A DNA stretch of 25,905 nucleotides, taken from the NCBI GenBank assembly GCA_044236265.1, contig JBIIGV010000033.1, forward strand, positions 1-25,905, written 5' to 3'. The notes below the pieces were generated by a model. That model ran no database searches. It was not told the DNA's origin and saw nothing but the letters and a program-made list of their open reading frames with translations. Every line of letters starts with the position of its first letter. The stretch's first letter is position 1. Of the stretch, positions 1 to 9,140 are shown piece after piece. Origin of the DNA: Oligoflexales bacterium. Lineage in GTDB: Bacteria > Bdellovibrionota_B > Oligoflexia > Oligoflexales > RGVZ01. Made by a program: the position numbers and the translations under genes.

Positions 1-49
1 ATAAAACACGAGGCGCCGACCATGGTGTTAAGACATCGTTTTTAGGGGG

Positions 50-1144
50 TTGCCTTTGCTGCAGCAAGAGCCGATACCAAGTCAAATTGCCGACATGAGT
101 GATGCCGAGGCTCACGCGTATGTTCGCAGACTTAAAGCAGAGCTGGGTGACGACACCATCATTTTGGGTCATCACTATCAACGTGACGAGGTTATACAAC
201 ACGCTGACTATACCGGAGATAGTTTAAAGCTTGCTCGCATTGCTCGAGATTCAAAAGCTAAAAATATTATTTTTTGTGGCGTCCACTTTATGGCTGAGAC
301 GGCTGACATCCTCACCGGTGGTGAGCGTTTCGTTTCGTTGCCTGACTTAGGTGCTGGCTGTGACATGGCCGACATGGCTGAAGCTAGAGATGTGACCGAC
401 AGCTGGCGTGAGGCGACAAGAGCCGGCGCCTCGGACATCATACCTGTCACCTACATCAATTCGTCTGCCGCTCTAAAAGCTTTCGTAGGTAAACACGGTG
501 GGATTATCTGCACATCGTCCAACGCAAAAGCGGTTATCACGTGGGCTCTAAGCAAGGGAAAGCATGTGTTTTTTTTCCCGGACCAACATCTTGGACGAAA
601 TATTGCCAAGGGCCTTGGCTTTGACCCAACAAAAGACATGCTTCTTTGGGATCCCAAAAAACCCCTGGGCGGGCACGCTCCCGACGTTATTCACTCTCGA
701 AAAATCTGGCTTTGGAAGGGACACTGTCCTGTTCATGCTCTGTTTACTGTTCATCAGGTCAAAAAGATTCGCGAGACATCTCCTGAGACAAAAATTCTGG
801 TGCACCCAGAGTGCGCAATGGAGATCGTCGATGTTTCTGACCTTTCAGGATCGACAGACTACATAATTAAAACCGTGGAAGCTTCTAGTCCGGGAAGCAA
901 ATGGGCGATTGGCACAGAAAAACATCTGGTCGAAAGACTCGCCGCTCAGCACCCGGACAAAACAATTACGAGTCTTAATCCTTTTACATGCCTCTGTGGT
1001 ACGATGAATCGCATCTCATTGCGCAATCTTGCATGGGTCCTTGATGGTCTAAAAGCTGGACGCAAATTAAATCAAATTAGCGTCACCAAAGACATCGCGC
1101 AGGACTCTATGGCAGCCCTCGACAGGATGTTTGCCTTAAGCTAA
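50..1144 (+). CDS. nadA: Quinolinate synthase A (4Fe-4S)
   Basis: Motifs GHHYQ, FCGVHFMAE, AGCDMADM, GHCPVH, VHPEC, IGTE and CLCGTMNRI, including the three cluster-ligating Cys. Start uncertain: TTG at 50 or ATG at 95. Confidence 0.95.
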   Translation: MPLLQQEPIPSQIADMSDAEAHAYVRRLKAELGDDTIILGHHYQRDEVIQHADYTGDSLKLARIARDSKAKNIIFCGVHFMAETADILTGGERFVSLPDLGAGCDMADMAEARDVTDSWREATRAGASDIIPVTYINSSAALKAFVGKHGGIICTSSNAKAVITWALSKGKHVFFFPDQHLGRNIAKGLGFDPTKDMLLWDPKKPLGGHAPDVIHSRKIWLWKGHCPVHALFTVHQVKKIRETSPETKILVHPECAMEIVDVSDLSGSTDYIIKTVEASSPGSKWAIGTEKHLVERLAAQHPDKTITSLNPFTCLCGTMNRISLRNLAWVLDGLKAGRKLNQISVTKDIAQDSMAALDRMFALS

Positions 1145-1157
1145 GGACCTACTTCGC

Positions 1158-2321
1158 ATGCTGTACCTCGATCACTGCGGAACAACGCCTCTTTCTTCTG
1201 ACGTTTCTTCCGTCATGATCGACTTCATCAAGTCTGGTAACTTCGGCAACCCCTCAGCCGAGCACCATAACCTCGGTCACGCTGCCTTTGAAGTCGTGGA
1301 ATCTGCGCGACAGAATGTTGCTTTAGCTCTCGGCGCAAAGACTAGCGAGATTATATTTACCTCTGGCGCGGCGGAAGCCAACAACATGGTTCTTTGGGGT
1401 TTTGCCCTGAGATACCGCGGCCGGGGTTGCCGCATCTTATATGGAGCGACCGAGCACAAAAGTATATTTGATACCGCCCAAGCTCTAACCGAATTAGAGG
1501 GTGTGACCAGCGAAGAAATACCGGCTCTATCTGACGGCTCAACAAATCTAGAAGCCTTAGAAAAACTTCTTTCTAAGAGCAAAAATACGCCCACTCTTGT
1601 TTGTATCATGCACGTCAATAATGAAGTGCCGGCTAGGCATCAAGTCGAAGACATAGCTAAACTCTGCAAGTCGTATGAAGCCTTTTTTCACTGTGACGGC
1701 GTTCAGGGTTTTGTTCGTGAGAGTGTCGATTTTGCTTCAGGGTTATTTGGAAGTTATGTCATATCAGCTCACAAGGTTTATGGGCCCAAAGGACTTGGGG
1801 TCCTTGTGCTTGGCGATAACGATCTGTCAACGCGAGTAATGCCTCCTTATCACGGCGGGAGCCAAGAACGGGGACTTCGCCCAGGGACGGTCAATATGAC
1901 TGGTATCGTCGGCGCAGCTAAAGCCATTTCTCTCCACAATGCCTGCCGAGATTCACGCGTCCGACACATGGATCTTTGCGCGAGATTTTTCGTCGAAGCT
2001 TTACGCTACGGGGGACTTGATTTTCGCCTGACAGTTCCTCTGAATAACCATGCCCCGGGTATTGTTAATTTTTACATTCCAGACCTCGACGCCCCAACCG
2101 TTTTAGCGGCAGCGCCTGATCTTTGTATTAATCGCGGTTCGTCCTGTATTGGCGCTGGAGGCGAGCGTTTTAGTCACGTGCCGAAGGCACTTGGTCTACC
2201 TGTCGAAGTCCAGGCCAACGTCTTGCGCGCAAGCTTTGGCGACGCCATCACAGTTTCAGAGGCTGGTGAGGCAGGTCGTCTATTAGCAGATCGCATCAAT
2301 AAATTAAAAAACCCACGCTGA
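1158..2321 (+). CDS. Cysteine desulfurase, IscS/NifS family (PLP-dependent)
   Basis: YLDHCGTTP, FGNPS, IIFTSGAAEANN, TEHKS, NNE, HCDGVQ, SAHKVYGPKG (PLP Lys), RPGT, GSSC (catalytic Cys), SHV. Begins 13 nt after nadA. Confidence 0.92.
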   Translation: MLYLDHCGTTPLSSDVSSVMIDFIKSGNFGNPSAEHHNLGHAAFEVVESARQNVALALGAKTSEIIFTSGAAEANNMVLWGFALRYRGRGCRILYGATEHKSIFDTAQALTELEGVTSEEIPALSDGSTNLEALEKLLSKSKNTPTLVCIMHVNNEVPARHQVEDIAKLCKSYEAFFHCDGVQGFVRESVDFASGLFGSYVISAHKVYGPKGLGVLVLGDNDLSTRVMPPYHGGSQERGLRPGTVNMTGIVGAAKAISLHNACRDSRVRHMDLCARFFVEALRYGGLDFRLTVPLNNHAPGIVNFYIPDLDAPTVLAAAPDLCINRGSSCIGAGGERFSHVPKALGLPVEVQANVLRASFGDAITVSEAGEAGRLLADRINKLKNPR

Positions 2322-2335
2322 GATCCAGCGTGGGT
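2306..2335 (-). terminator. Intrinsic terminator of the flagellin transcript, overlapping the desulfurase stop codon
   Basis: Perfect 10-bp stem ACCCACGCTG (2311-2320) / CAGCGTGGGT (2326-2335) with a 5-nt loop, followed on the minus strand by a T-run (A-run at 2306-2311 on plus). Confidence 0.85.
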
Positions 2336-2362
2336 CTAAGATAGAGGTAAACACGTAACCGA

Positions 2363-3286
2363 TTAGCCGCGAAGCAGTTGCAGCGCAAAGTCGCTGTTCA
2401 TGTTCGCTTGAGTCAACACAGAGACACCTGCTTGAGTCAGGATTCTGTTTGTGGCTAGCTTAGCTGTTTCCGCTGCGTAGTCTACGTCACGGATTCGGCT
2501 TTGAGCAGCTTGCAAGTTCTCGTTTGTGACTTCAATATTTGTGATACTTGAGTTCAAACGAGACTGAACAGAACCGAGGACGGCGCGGTAGGACGCCATC
2601 GAGTCAAGAGCTGTATCCAAACGGTTAAAGATATCGTTTGTGCCGGACGGACCGAGGTCAGCAGCACCACCTTCGGCATCTGGCGATACAATCGAAAGCT
2701 CTGGATCAAGAATGGAGTCCATTGCCTCTCTAAATGTAGCCAAATCCTTCAGGTCGACCGTAAGGATGTCTGGATCACTCTCAGGGTCAATGTCTGGAGC
2801 GTTACCTTCAGAGTCATTTCCGCGGTAGTTTGCGCCAACAAAGATACGCATTGGCTTTTGGTCATCAACCTGCAAGACCTTCGTACCGTTGAACTCAGTT
2901 GAGTCCATAATACGGCCCACTTCAGTGCGCAACTGTGTAAATTCCTTATTAAGAAACTCACGCTCGCGGTTACCGATGGTGTCGGACGCTGCCTGTGCTG
3001 CAAGCTCACGCATACGAACAACAATGTTGGTCGTCTCGTTCAGGCCACCTTCCGCTACTTGGATATAGGAGATACCGTCGTTAGCATTTCGCTTGGCAAC
3101 TTCCAAGCTTCTTGCCTTCGCGCGGATACGCTCACTAACTGCAAGTCCTGCGGCATCGTCAGCCGATTTGTTAACGCGTTGACCACTCGCCAGTTTTTCA
3201 TACGAGTCTCCGAGAGCTCGGCGGCTTTCACTAACCCGCCTTTGAGCGACCAAAGACTCTATATTGGTCTTAATTCTGATTCCCAT
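2363..3286 (-). CDS. fliC: Flagellin (307 aa)
   Basis: N-terminal RIKTN...KLASGQRVNKSADDAAGLAVS and NANDGISYIQVAEG; C-terminal LGSVQSRL...SRIRDVDYA. SD AAGGAGG. Confidence 0.97.
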   Translation of the reverse strand: MGIRIKTNIESLVAQRRVSESRRALGDSYEKLASGQRVNKSADDAAGLAVSERIRAKARSLEVAKRNANDGISYIQVAEGGLNETTNIVVRMRELAAQAASDTIGNREREFLNKEFTQLRTEVGRIMDSTEFNGTKVLQVDDQKPMRIFVGANYRGNDSEGNAPDIDPESDPDILTVDLKDLATFREAMDSILDPELSIVSPDAEGGAADLGPSGTNDIFNRLDTALDSMASYRAVLGSVQSRLNSSITNIEVTNENLQAAQSRIRDVDYAAETAKLATNRILTQAGVSVLTQANMNSDFALQLLRG

Positions 3287-3293
3287 GACAAAA

Positions 3294-3338
3294 ACCTCCT
3301 TGGTGTTGGGACAGACAGGTCCACCATGGCCCGTCTGT
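3294..3338 (-). promoter_or_regulatory. Flagellin leader hairpins (putative CsrA-type translational operator)
   Basis: mRNA hairpin ACAGACGGGCC-AUGGU-GGACCUGUCUGU (3338-3311) plus SD mini-hairpin ACC-AAGGA-GGU (3304-3294). Confidence 0.55.
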
Positions 3339-3370
3339 TCGTGGACAATTCAACTCATAAACCAAATCAA

Positions 3371-4246
3371 TTAACGAAGCAGTGCAAGTGCTTGCTCAGG
3401 AGCAACGTTTGCTTGTTGGAGAACGGCTGTTGTGGACTGAGTCAAAATACGACTCTGGGTCAGTTCAGCGGTTTCCGAAGCAAAGTCTACGTCTTTGATG
3501 CGGCTCTTCGCAGTTTCCATGTTTTCAACGTTGATCGAGAGGTTTGACAGAGCGCTACCTAAACGGCTCTGAACTGAACCCAGCGTCGCACGCTCGCTCG
3601 CGATCTTGTTGAGTGCTTCGTCAATTGTGTTTAGTTTGGATGAGATGGCTTCCAAGGATGGGCTGTCATCACCGTCGATACCACCAATTTCAGAACCTTT
3701 GCCAAGACCGAGATCTTCGGTATTGAACTTAAGCCCTGCAAGGCTGATGGCAATCGTATCGGTGTTCTGCTCTGGAAGTGTTCCGTTGGTACCAACTTGG
3801 ATAACAAATTGATCACGGTCAGAATCCTTATCGAAGATCTTGATGCCGTTAAACTCAGTAGAGTTTCCGATACGATCAATTTCATCTGCAAGCTGAACAA
3901 ATTCCCGGTTTAGGAATGAGCGCTCACGATCACCGAGAGTATCGGTAGAAGACTGCACAGTGAGTTCGCGAAGACGAATCAAGATGTTTGTCATCTCGTT
4001 CATACTTCCTTCGGCAACCTGAACCATCGAAACTGCATCGTTGGCATTTCTTTTTGCCACGTTTAGTCCGCGGATCTTGCCTCTGAGGCTTTCAGAGATG
4101 GCAAGACCTGCAGCGTCATCTGCAGACTTGTTGATTCGGTAACCCGACGAGAGTCGTTCCATGCTCTTGTTTAATGCCTCTTTGTTGTCAGACATGAAAC
4201 GTTGAGCGGTTAAGGCAGGCACGTTAGTTCTAATACGCATTCCCAT
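3371..4246 (-). CDS. fliC: Flagellin (291 aa)
   Basis: RIRTN...RLSSGYRINKSADDAAGLAIS; LGSVQSRL...SRIKDVDFASE. SD AAGGAGG. Confidence 0.97.
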   Translation of the reverse strand: MGMRIRTNVPALTAQRFMSDNKEALNKSMERLSSGYRINKSADDAAGLAISESLRGKIRGLNVAKRNANDAVSMVQVAEGSMNEMTNILIRLRELTVQSSTDTLGDRERSFLNREFVQLADEIDRIGNSTEFNGIKIFDKDSDRDQFVIQVGTNGTLPEQNTDTIAISLAGLKFNTEDLGLGKGSEIGGIDGDDSPSLEAISSKLNTIDEALNKIASERATLGSVQSRLGSALSNLSINVENMETAKSRIKDVDFASETAELTQSRILTQSTTAVLQQANVAPEQALALLR

Positions 4247-4250
4247 GATA

Positions 4251-4320
4251 AATCCTCCTTGAATTCATTTTTTTTACTGGGCACTCTGTGCACAGCAGCA
4301 AGCTCCACCGTGGATCTTGC
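4251..4320 (-). promoter_or_regulatory. Flagellin leader hairpins (putative CsrA-type translational operator)
   Basis: mRNA hairpin GCAAGAUCC-ACGGU-GGAGCUUGC (4320-4298) plus SD hairpin AAUUC-AAGGA-GGAUU (4265-4251). Confidence 0.55.
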
Positions 4321-4327
4321 AAAGGGC

Positions 4328-4354
4328 TGATCGAGGGATTTGGTAAAAACTTTA
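4328..4354 (-). promoter_or_regulatory. Sigma-28 (FliA) promoter of the flagellin pair
   Basis: Minus strand reads TAAAGTTT-N11-CTCGATCA against the consensus TAAAGTTT-N11-GCCGATAA, about 80 nt upstream of the flagellin ATG. Confidence 0.8.
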
Positions 4355-4408
4355 AAATTTTTTTTGCTTTTGACAAAAATCGGGAAACTTCCCAGAGAGG
4401 TCTTGGGA

Positions 4409-5368
4409 TTGGCCAGTTTTTCAAATAATTTTCAAGGGTTGTGGTCTATAGCAGAACACAAATTACGAGGCTTTTCCCTGGAAAATCAGAGGTTTGCGCT
4501 AGGCGTGTCCGGAGGCGCTGATTCTATTGGTCTTTTTCATGTTTTTTCGTCTTTTCTCAAACAAAAAAAAATTTCTGATTTGGTCATTTTCCATATCAAT
4601 TTCGGCCTGCGCGGGGCTGAAAGTGATGGTGACGAGGCCTTTGTTCGATCGATTTGTGCTGCTGAAAATATCGCGCTAGACGTCTTTCACGCTCAACTTG
4701 CAAAAGGCGCGGGCGTGCAAGAAAAGGCACGGGATTTTCGCCGCGAAATTCAATCTGACTACATTGATAAGGGCTTTATTGTCGCACTCGCCCATAATGC
4801 TGATGATCTGGCGGAAAACGTTTTAATGCGATTGGCTCGCGGCACGTCTCTTGAAAATGCCGCTGGAATGGGCTTTTGGGGGGGCAAGGTATTTAGACCT
4901 TGGCTTGAGGTATCTAGAGATATGATCCGTCAAAGCCTTAAAGACGTGGGACACACTTGGCGCGAGGACTCTTCAAATGAGCTCAGCATTTACGCAAGAA
5001 ATCAGATTCGGCAGACGATTTTGCCTCACCTTGAGGCATTGTTTCCTGGAGCTTCAAAAAGGCTTGGGGCGAGCTTTCTTGCGATCAAAAAGACGGAGCA
5101 GCCAGGTGGCGCAGAGGTTCATGACGCTATCTCAATGACTCAATTAGCGGACTCCGCAAGAGAGGCATTGTGCAAACAAGTGCACGATTTTATCAGCTCC
5201 CACTACGGCGCCCGTTCACCGGTGCCACGGCAGGTTATTTATCAGATTGCCTCGGCAATTTACCGCATATCTAGTGGCCTGGACGGGGAAGGGCGGACGT
5301 TTCAGTTGCCAGAAAATAAAAATCTAAGCCTTTCCCGTTCAGAAATGCGCATCAGCTACCGCAAATAG
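4409..5368 (+). CDS. tilS: tRNA(Ile)-lysidine synthetase (short form)
   Basis: PP-loop GVSGGADS, HINFGLRG, AHNADD, RPWL, EDSSN, RNQIR; directly upstream of ftsH. Start moved to the in-frame TTG at 4409 (GAGAGG at 4395-4400); the ORF track extends to 4340. Confidence 0.9.
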   Translation: MASFSNNFQGLWSIAEHKLRGFSLENQRFALGVSGGADSIGLFHVFSSFLKQKKISDLVIFHINFGLRGAESDGDEAFVRSICAAENIALDVFHAQLAKGAGVQEKARDFRREIQSDYIDKGFIVALAHNADDLAENVLMRLARGTSLENAAGMGFWGGKVFRPWLEVSRDMIRQSLKDVGHTWREDSSNELSIYARNQIRQTILPHLEALFPGASKRLGASFLAIKKTEQPGGAEVHDAISMTQLADSAREALCKQVHDFISSHYGARSPVPRQVIYQIASAIYRISSGLDGEGRTFQLPENKNLSLSRSEMRISYRK

Positions 5369-5495
5369 TATTTTTTCAGCGAAAAATCATGTATTTTTCC
5401 ATTTCTACTGGGGCATTTTTGCCGAGTAGCACTTCAAAGAATTTGTGACAAAATATCTTAGAAGAGGATTAGCTCGATATCAGGAGATCATGGAC

Positions 5496-7481
5496 ATGGC
5501 AAAATTGAACCCCAAACAACCAACACAAAGAATGACGGTCGTTTTACTCGTACTGGTGTTTGGATTTTTCTTGATGCATTTACTTTTCAAACCGGTTGAG
5601 GAAGAAAAGTTCATAAAATTTTCTGAGTTTTCAGAAGCGGTAAAACTACCAGCTGGCGATCCAAACAAAGTCGTCGAGGTGACGTTCCGCGAAAACATGA
5701 TTTCCGGCGTTCGTACCGATAAAAGCACTTTTAGAACATTTGGACCGGCAGACTCTGATTTGCGAAAAGACCTTCAGGCATCTGGCATCAGCGTCAACTA
5801 TGAGCCAACGGAAGAAAGTAGTTGGTGGAAAGCCCTTCTCATAAACAGCATTCCAATGCTGCTTCTTCTACTGCTATTTATTTTCCTCATGCGTCAGGTG
5901 CAAGCGGGAGGTGGCAAGGCCATGAGCTTTGGAAAGAGCCGTGCCAAGATGTTAACGGACAGCCAACCGAAAATTACTTTCAAAGACATCTCCGGTATTG
6001 ATGAAGCCAAGCAGGAGCTCGAGGAGATAATTGACTTTCTGAAGGATCCAAAAAAATTCACGCGACTTGGCGGGCGGATTCCCAAAGGCGTGCTTTTGAT
6101 AGGCTCTCCTGGCACAGGTAAAACTATTCTTGCCAAAGCCATTGCAGGCGAAGCAGGTGTGCCATTCTTTAGTATCTCCGGATCAGACTTCGTGGAGATG
6201 TTCGTGGGCGTTGGAGCTAGCCGCGTTCGTGACCTGTTTGAACAAGCCAAGCGTCATGCGCCCTGCATCGTCTTTATTGATGAGATTGATGCTGTCGGAC
6301 GTCATCGCGGAGCCGGGCTTGGTGGTGGTCACGATGAACGGGAACAAACTCTTAATCAGTTACTCGTTGAAATGGACGGGTTTGAAGGAAATGACGGCGT
6401 TATTATCATTGCCGCAACAAACCGCCCAGACGTTTTGGATCCGGCTCTTCTACGACCGGGTCGCTTTGATCGTCGCGTCGTTGTGCCTAAGCCAGACGTC
6501 CGCGGCCGCGAGGGAATACTTGCTGTACACACCAAGAAAGTCCCACTTGCACCAGACGTCAAGCTTTCGATTATCGCGCAAGGCACCCCTGGTTTCTCAG
6601 GCGCAGACCTTGAAAATCTCGTCAATGAGGCAGCTCTTATCGCTGCGCGTGGCGACTGCAAGGAAGTTCGCATGGAGCATTTTGAGCTTGCTAAAGACAA
6701 AGTACTCATGGGACCAGAGCGACGCAGCTTAATCATGAATGAAGAAGAAAAACGAAACACCGCCTATCATGAGGCCGGACACGCTCTAGTCGGCATGCTC
6801 GTTGGTCATGTCGATCCCGTTCACAAGATCAGCATCATTCCTCGCGGTCAAGCTCTCGGCGTAACCATAATGTTGCCCGTTGAAGACCGTCTGACCATTT
6901 CTAAAGAGTACGCTGAGGGCATGATTGCGTATGCCATGGGGGGTAGGGCAGCGGAGGAGCTAATCTTCAACCGACTGACCACTGGTGCTGGAGACGATAT
7001 CAATAAGGCAACCGACATCGCTAGAAAGATGGTTTGCAATTGGGGCATGAGTGAAAAACTAGGTCCTCTTGCTCTTGGCAAAAAAGGCAATGATGAAGTG
7101 TTTCTTGGTCGCGAGATAAGTCAGTCGCGAAACTTCTCCGAACGCGTTGCTGAAGAGGTCGATAACGAAATTCACCGTCTTGTGACTGGCGGTGCAAAGC
7201 AGGCATTCAGAATTCTCAAAGATCACCGCGAACAGCTGGAGGTCTTGGCAGAAGCATTGCTTATTAAAGAAACCATAGACGGCGACGAAATCCGTCGCAT
7301 TTTGAAGGGCGAAAGTATTATCACGGCCGACGACCGCGCACGCTACGAAGAGTCTCGAAGAAAGGCTCGTGAGGCACTTGCCAATAAGCCTTCAGAGATA
7401 GCCAAAGACAGCCAGGCAAAAAACTCGTCTGACTCTTCTTCTGGCGGACTTTTAAGCGCACCTCAGCCGGCTGGCACCTAA
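5496..7481 (+). CDS. ftsH: ATP-dependent zinc metalloprotease FtsH
   Basis: Two N-terminal TM segments, Walker A GSPGTGKT, Walker [40 protein letters not shown] at 5482-5486 favours ATG 5496 (or 5490). Confidence 0.98.
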   Translation: MAKLNPKQPTQRMTVVLLVLVFGFFLMHLLFKPVEEEKFIKFSEFSEAVKLPAGDPNKVVEVTFRENMISGVRTDKSTFRTFGPADSDLRKDLQASGISVNYEPTEESSWWKALLINSIPMLLLLLLFIFLMRQVQAGGGKAMSFGKSRAKMLTDSQPKITFKDISGIDEAKQELEEIIDFLKDPKKFTRLGGRIPKGVLLIGSPGTGKTILAKAIAGEAGVPFFSISGSDFVEMFVGVGASRVRDLFEQAKRHAPCIVFIDEIDAVGRHRGAGLGGGHDEREQTLNQLLVEMDGFEGNDGVIIIAATNRPDVLDPALLRPGRFDRRVVVPKPDVRGREGILAVHTKKVPLAPDVKLSIIAQGTPGFSGADLENLVNEAALIAARGDCKEVRMEHFELAKDKVLMGPERRSLIMNEEEKRNTAYHEAGHALVGMLVGHVDPVHKISIIPRGQALGVTIMLPVEDRLTISKEYAEGMIAYAMGGRAAEELIFNRLTTGAGDDINKATDIARKMVCNWGMSEKLGPLALGKKGNDEVFLGREISQSRNFSERVAEEVDNEIHRLVTGGAKQAFRILKDHREQLEVLAEALLIKETIDGDEIRRILKGESIITADDRARYEESRRKAREALANKPSEIAKDSQAKNSSDSSSGGLLSAPQPAGT

Positions 7482-7489
7482 GGACGGTT

Positions 7490-8305
7490 ATGGTTTCGTC
7501 AGAAAAGAAATTTCTGACCTTGGGCATTCTAAATGTAACCCCGGACTCCTTCTCCGATGGTGGCTGTTTTACATCCCCAGACGAGGCTTTGCAGCGGGCA
7601 GTTAAACTGCTGGAGGATGGTGCGGATTTTGTCGACGTAGGCGCCGAATCGACGAGACCTGGAGCTCTGGAGGTGTCGCTAGAAGAGGAATGGCGCCGAT
7701 TGGATCCGATCCTTAAGTTAGCGCAGTCGCGAGACATCATAGATCGCATGAGTGTAGACACCAGGAAATTCCCAATCATGGAGCGCGTGGCTAAGATGGG
7801 TGTTTCATTTATAAATTGCGTGGGGCCCCTTCCCTCGGAAGGAGAGCTTAACACGCTGAACAAAATTAATTCTCACCTTGGATTTATTGCCACGCACATG
7901 CACGGCACCCCTGAAAACATGCAGCTGACACCGCTCAGCCCCGGCGCAGCAAAGAAACGCGTCCTGAGTTTTTTTGAAAACTCATTAGACGAACTTGTAA
8001 GCTCCGGTTTTTCGAAAAAAAGACTTTTCTTTGACCCAGGCATCGGTTTTGGAAAATCAGATGCAGCAAATCTTACTCTGCTTGCGTCGGTGAGCGACTG
8101 GGCGAAAGACTTTAACATTGCAATTGGGGTGTCTCGAAAAGGCTTTATTTCTAGACTTTTTGGTGGTGAAAACCTTTCGCAGCGAGACAGCTTATCAAAA
8201 GCCTTCGAATCATCTGCAGTTTTGCAAGGTGCCGATCTCATTCGCACCCACGACGTTAGTGCGCTGGTTAGATTGAGGAAGATTCTTCAGGAGGCAGCCA
8301 CATGA
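7490..8305 (+). CDS. folP: Dihydropteroate synthase
   Basis: GILNVTPDSFSDGG, DVGAESTRPG, DPGIGFGK, SRKGF, IRTHDV. Confidence 0.96.
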   Translation: MVSSEKKFLTLGILNVTPDSFSDGGCFTSPDEALQRAVKLLEDGADFVDVGAESTRPGALEVSLEEEWRRLDPILKLAQSRDIIDRMSVDTRKFPIMERVAKMGVSFINCVGPLPSEGELNTLNKINSHLGFIATHMHGTPENMQLTPLSPGAAKKRVLSFFENSLDELVSSGFSKKRLFFDPGIGFGKSDAANLTLLASVSDWAKDFNIAIGVSRKGFISRLFGGENLSQRDSLSKAFESSAVLQGADLIRTHDVSALVRLRKILQEAAT

Positions 8306-9138
8306 TTGATGTCTTCAATCAGTTTACGGCGTGGTCTGCACTAGACATCTTGGTTATGGCGATCATCTTCTATCAAGTACTGCTACTTATTCGCGGTACT
8401 CGAGCCGCACAAATATTGACGGGCATGTTACTCGTCGTTGGACTTTTCATAGTCTCAAATATTTTCCCCTTAACTACCGTTAACTGGATGATGAACAAAT
8501 TTTATAGCTCGTTCATCATCATTCTAATCATCATTTTCCAAGACGACATTCGTCACGTCTTGAGTACAATGGGTCGGCGCAAATTTTTCGTCGGCCAAGA
8601 CTCCTCGACGTCACTTCTGATTTTGGACGAAATAAGTCGCGCAGCCTCTTCGTTGGCCGCCAAACGGATCGGTGCTTTAATAGTCATTGAACGCCAAATC
8701 ATCTTAAGTCGCTACGTCGATATAGGAGTGCAAATTGATTCGAGAGTTTCGAAAGAGTTGCTCATGTCGATTTTTCACCCGAGCTCTCCCATTCACGACG
8801 GCGCTGTCATATTGCAGCGAGGACGGATTGCGGCCGCAGGCTGCTTTCTTCCACTGACAAGAGATGAGGGCATCGACCCCAACTTGGGAACACGGCACCG
8901 CGCCGCCATTGGAATTAGCGAGGAAACTGACGCATTAGTGATTGTGGTCAGCGAGGAGGGTGCCAGTGTTGCGCTTGTTGAGAGCGGAAAGATCATGCGC
9001 AAGGCGGACGGAAAAAGTCTTCGTGATGAACTAGCTCTCAGACTTCTATCGGAACGTGACTCAACACCGACAGCAACTGGACTTCAAAGTCGTCTCAAAA
9101 CAATGGTTGGCGATTATTTCAGCAGGAAGAAGGTTTAA
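8302..9138 (+). CDS. cdaA: Diadenylate cyclase CdaA/DacA (c-di-AMP synthase)
   Basis: Three N-terminal hydrophobic helices; catalytic HDGA and GTRHRAA motifs; VVSEE. ATGA overlap with folP. Confidence 0.95.
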   Translation: MIDVFNQFTAWSALDILVMAIIFYQVLLLIRGTRAAQILTGMLLVVGLFIVSNIFPLTTVNWMMNKFYSSFIIILIIIFQDDIRHVLSTMGRRKFFVGQDSSTSLLILDEISRAASSLAAKRIGALIVIERQIILSRYVDIGVQIDSRVSKELLMSIFHPSSPIHDGAVILQRGRIAAAGCFLPLTRDEGIDPNLGTRHRAAIGISEETDALVIVVSEEGASVALVESGKIMRKADGKSLRDELALRLLSERDSTPTATGLQSRLKTMVGDYFSRKKV

Positions 9139-9140
9139 GC

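Noticed and set aside
1158..2321. DndA of a DNA phosphorothioation system
   Set aside because: No dndBCDE or ssp genes in the window; the context is nadA.
4340..4408. N-terminal extension of tilS given by the ORF track
   Set aside because: Overlaps the sigma-28 promoter and an AT-rich intergenic tract. A better SD/TTG lies at 4395-4411.
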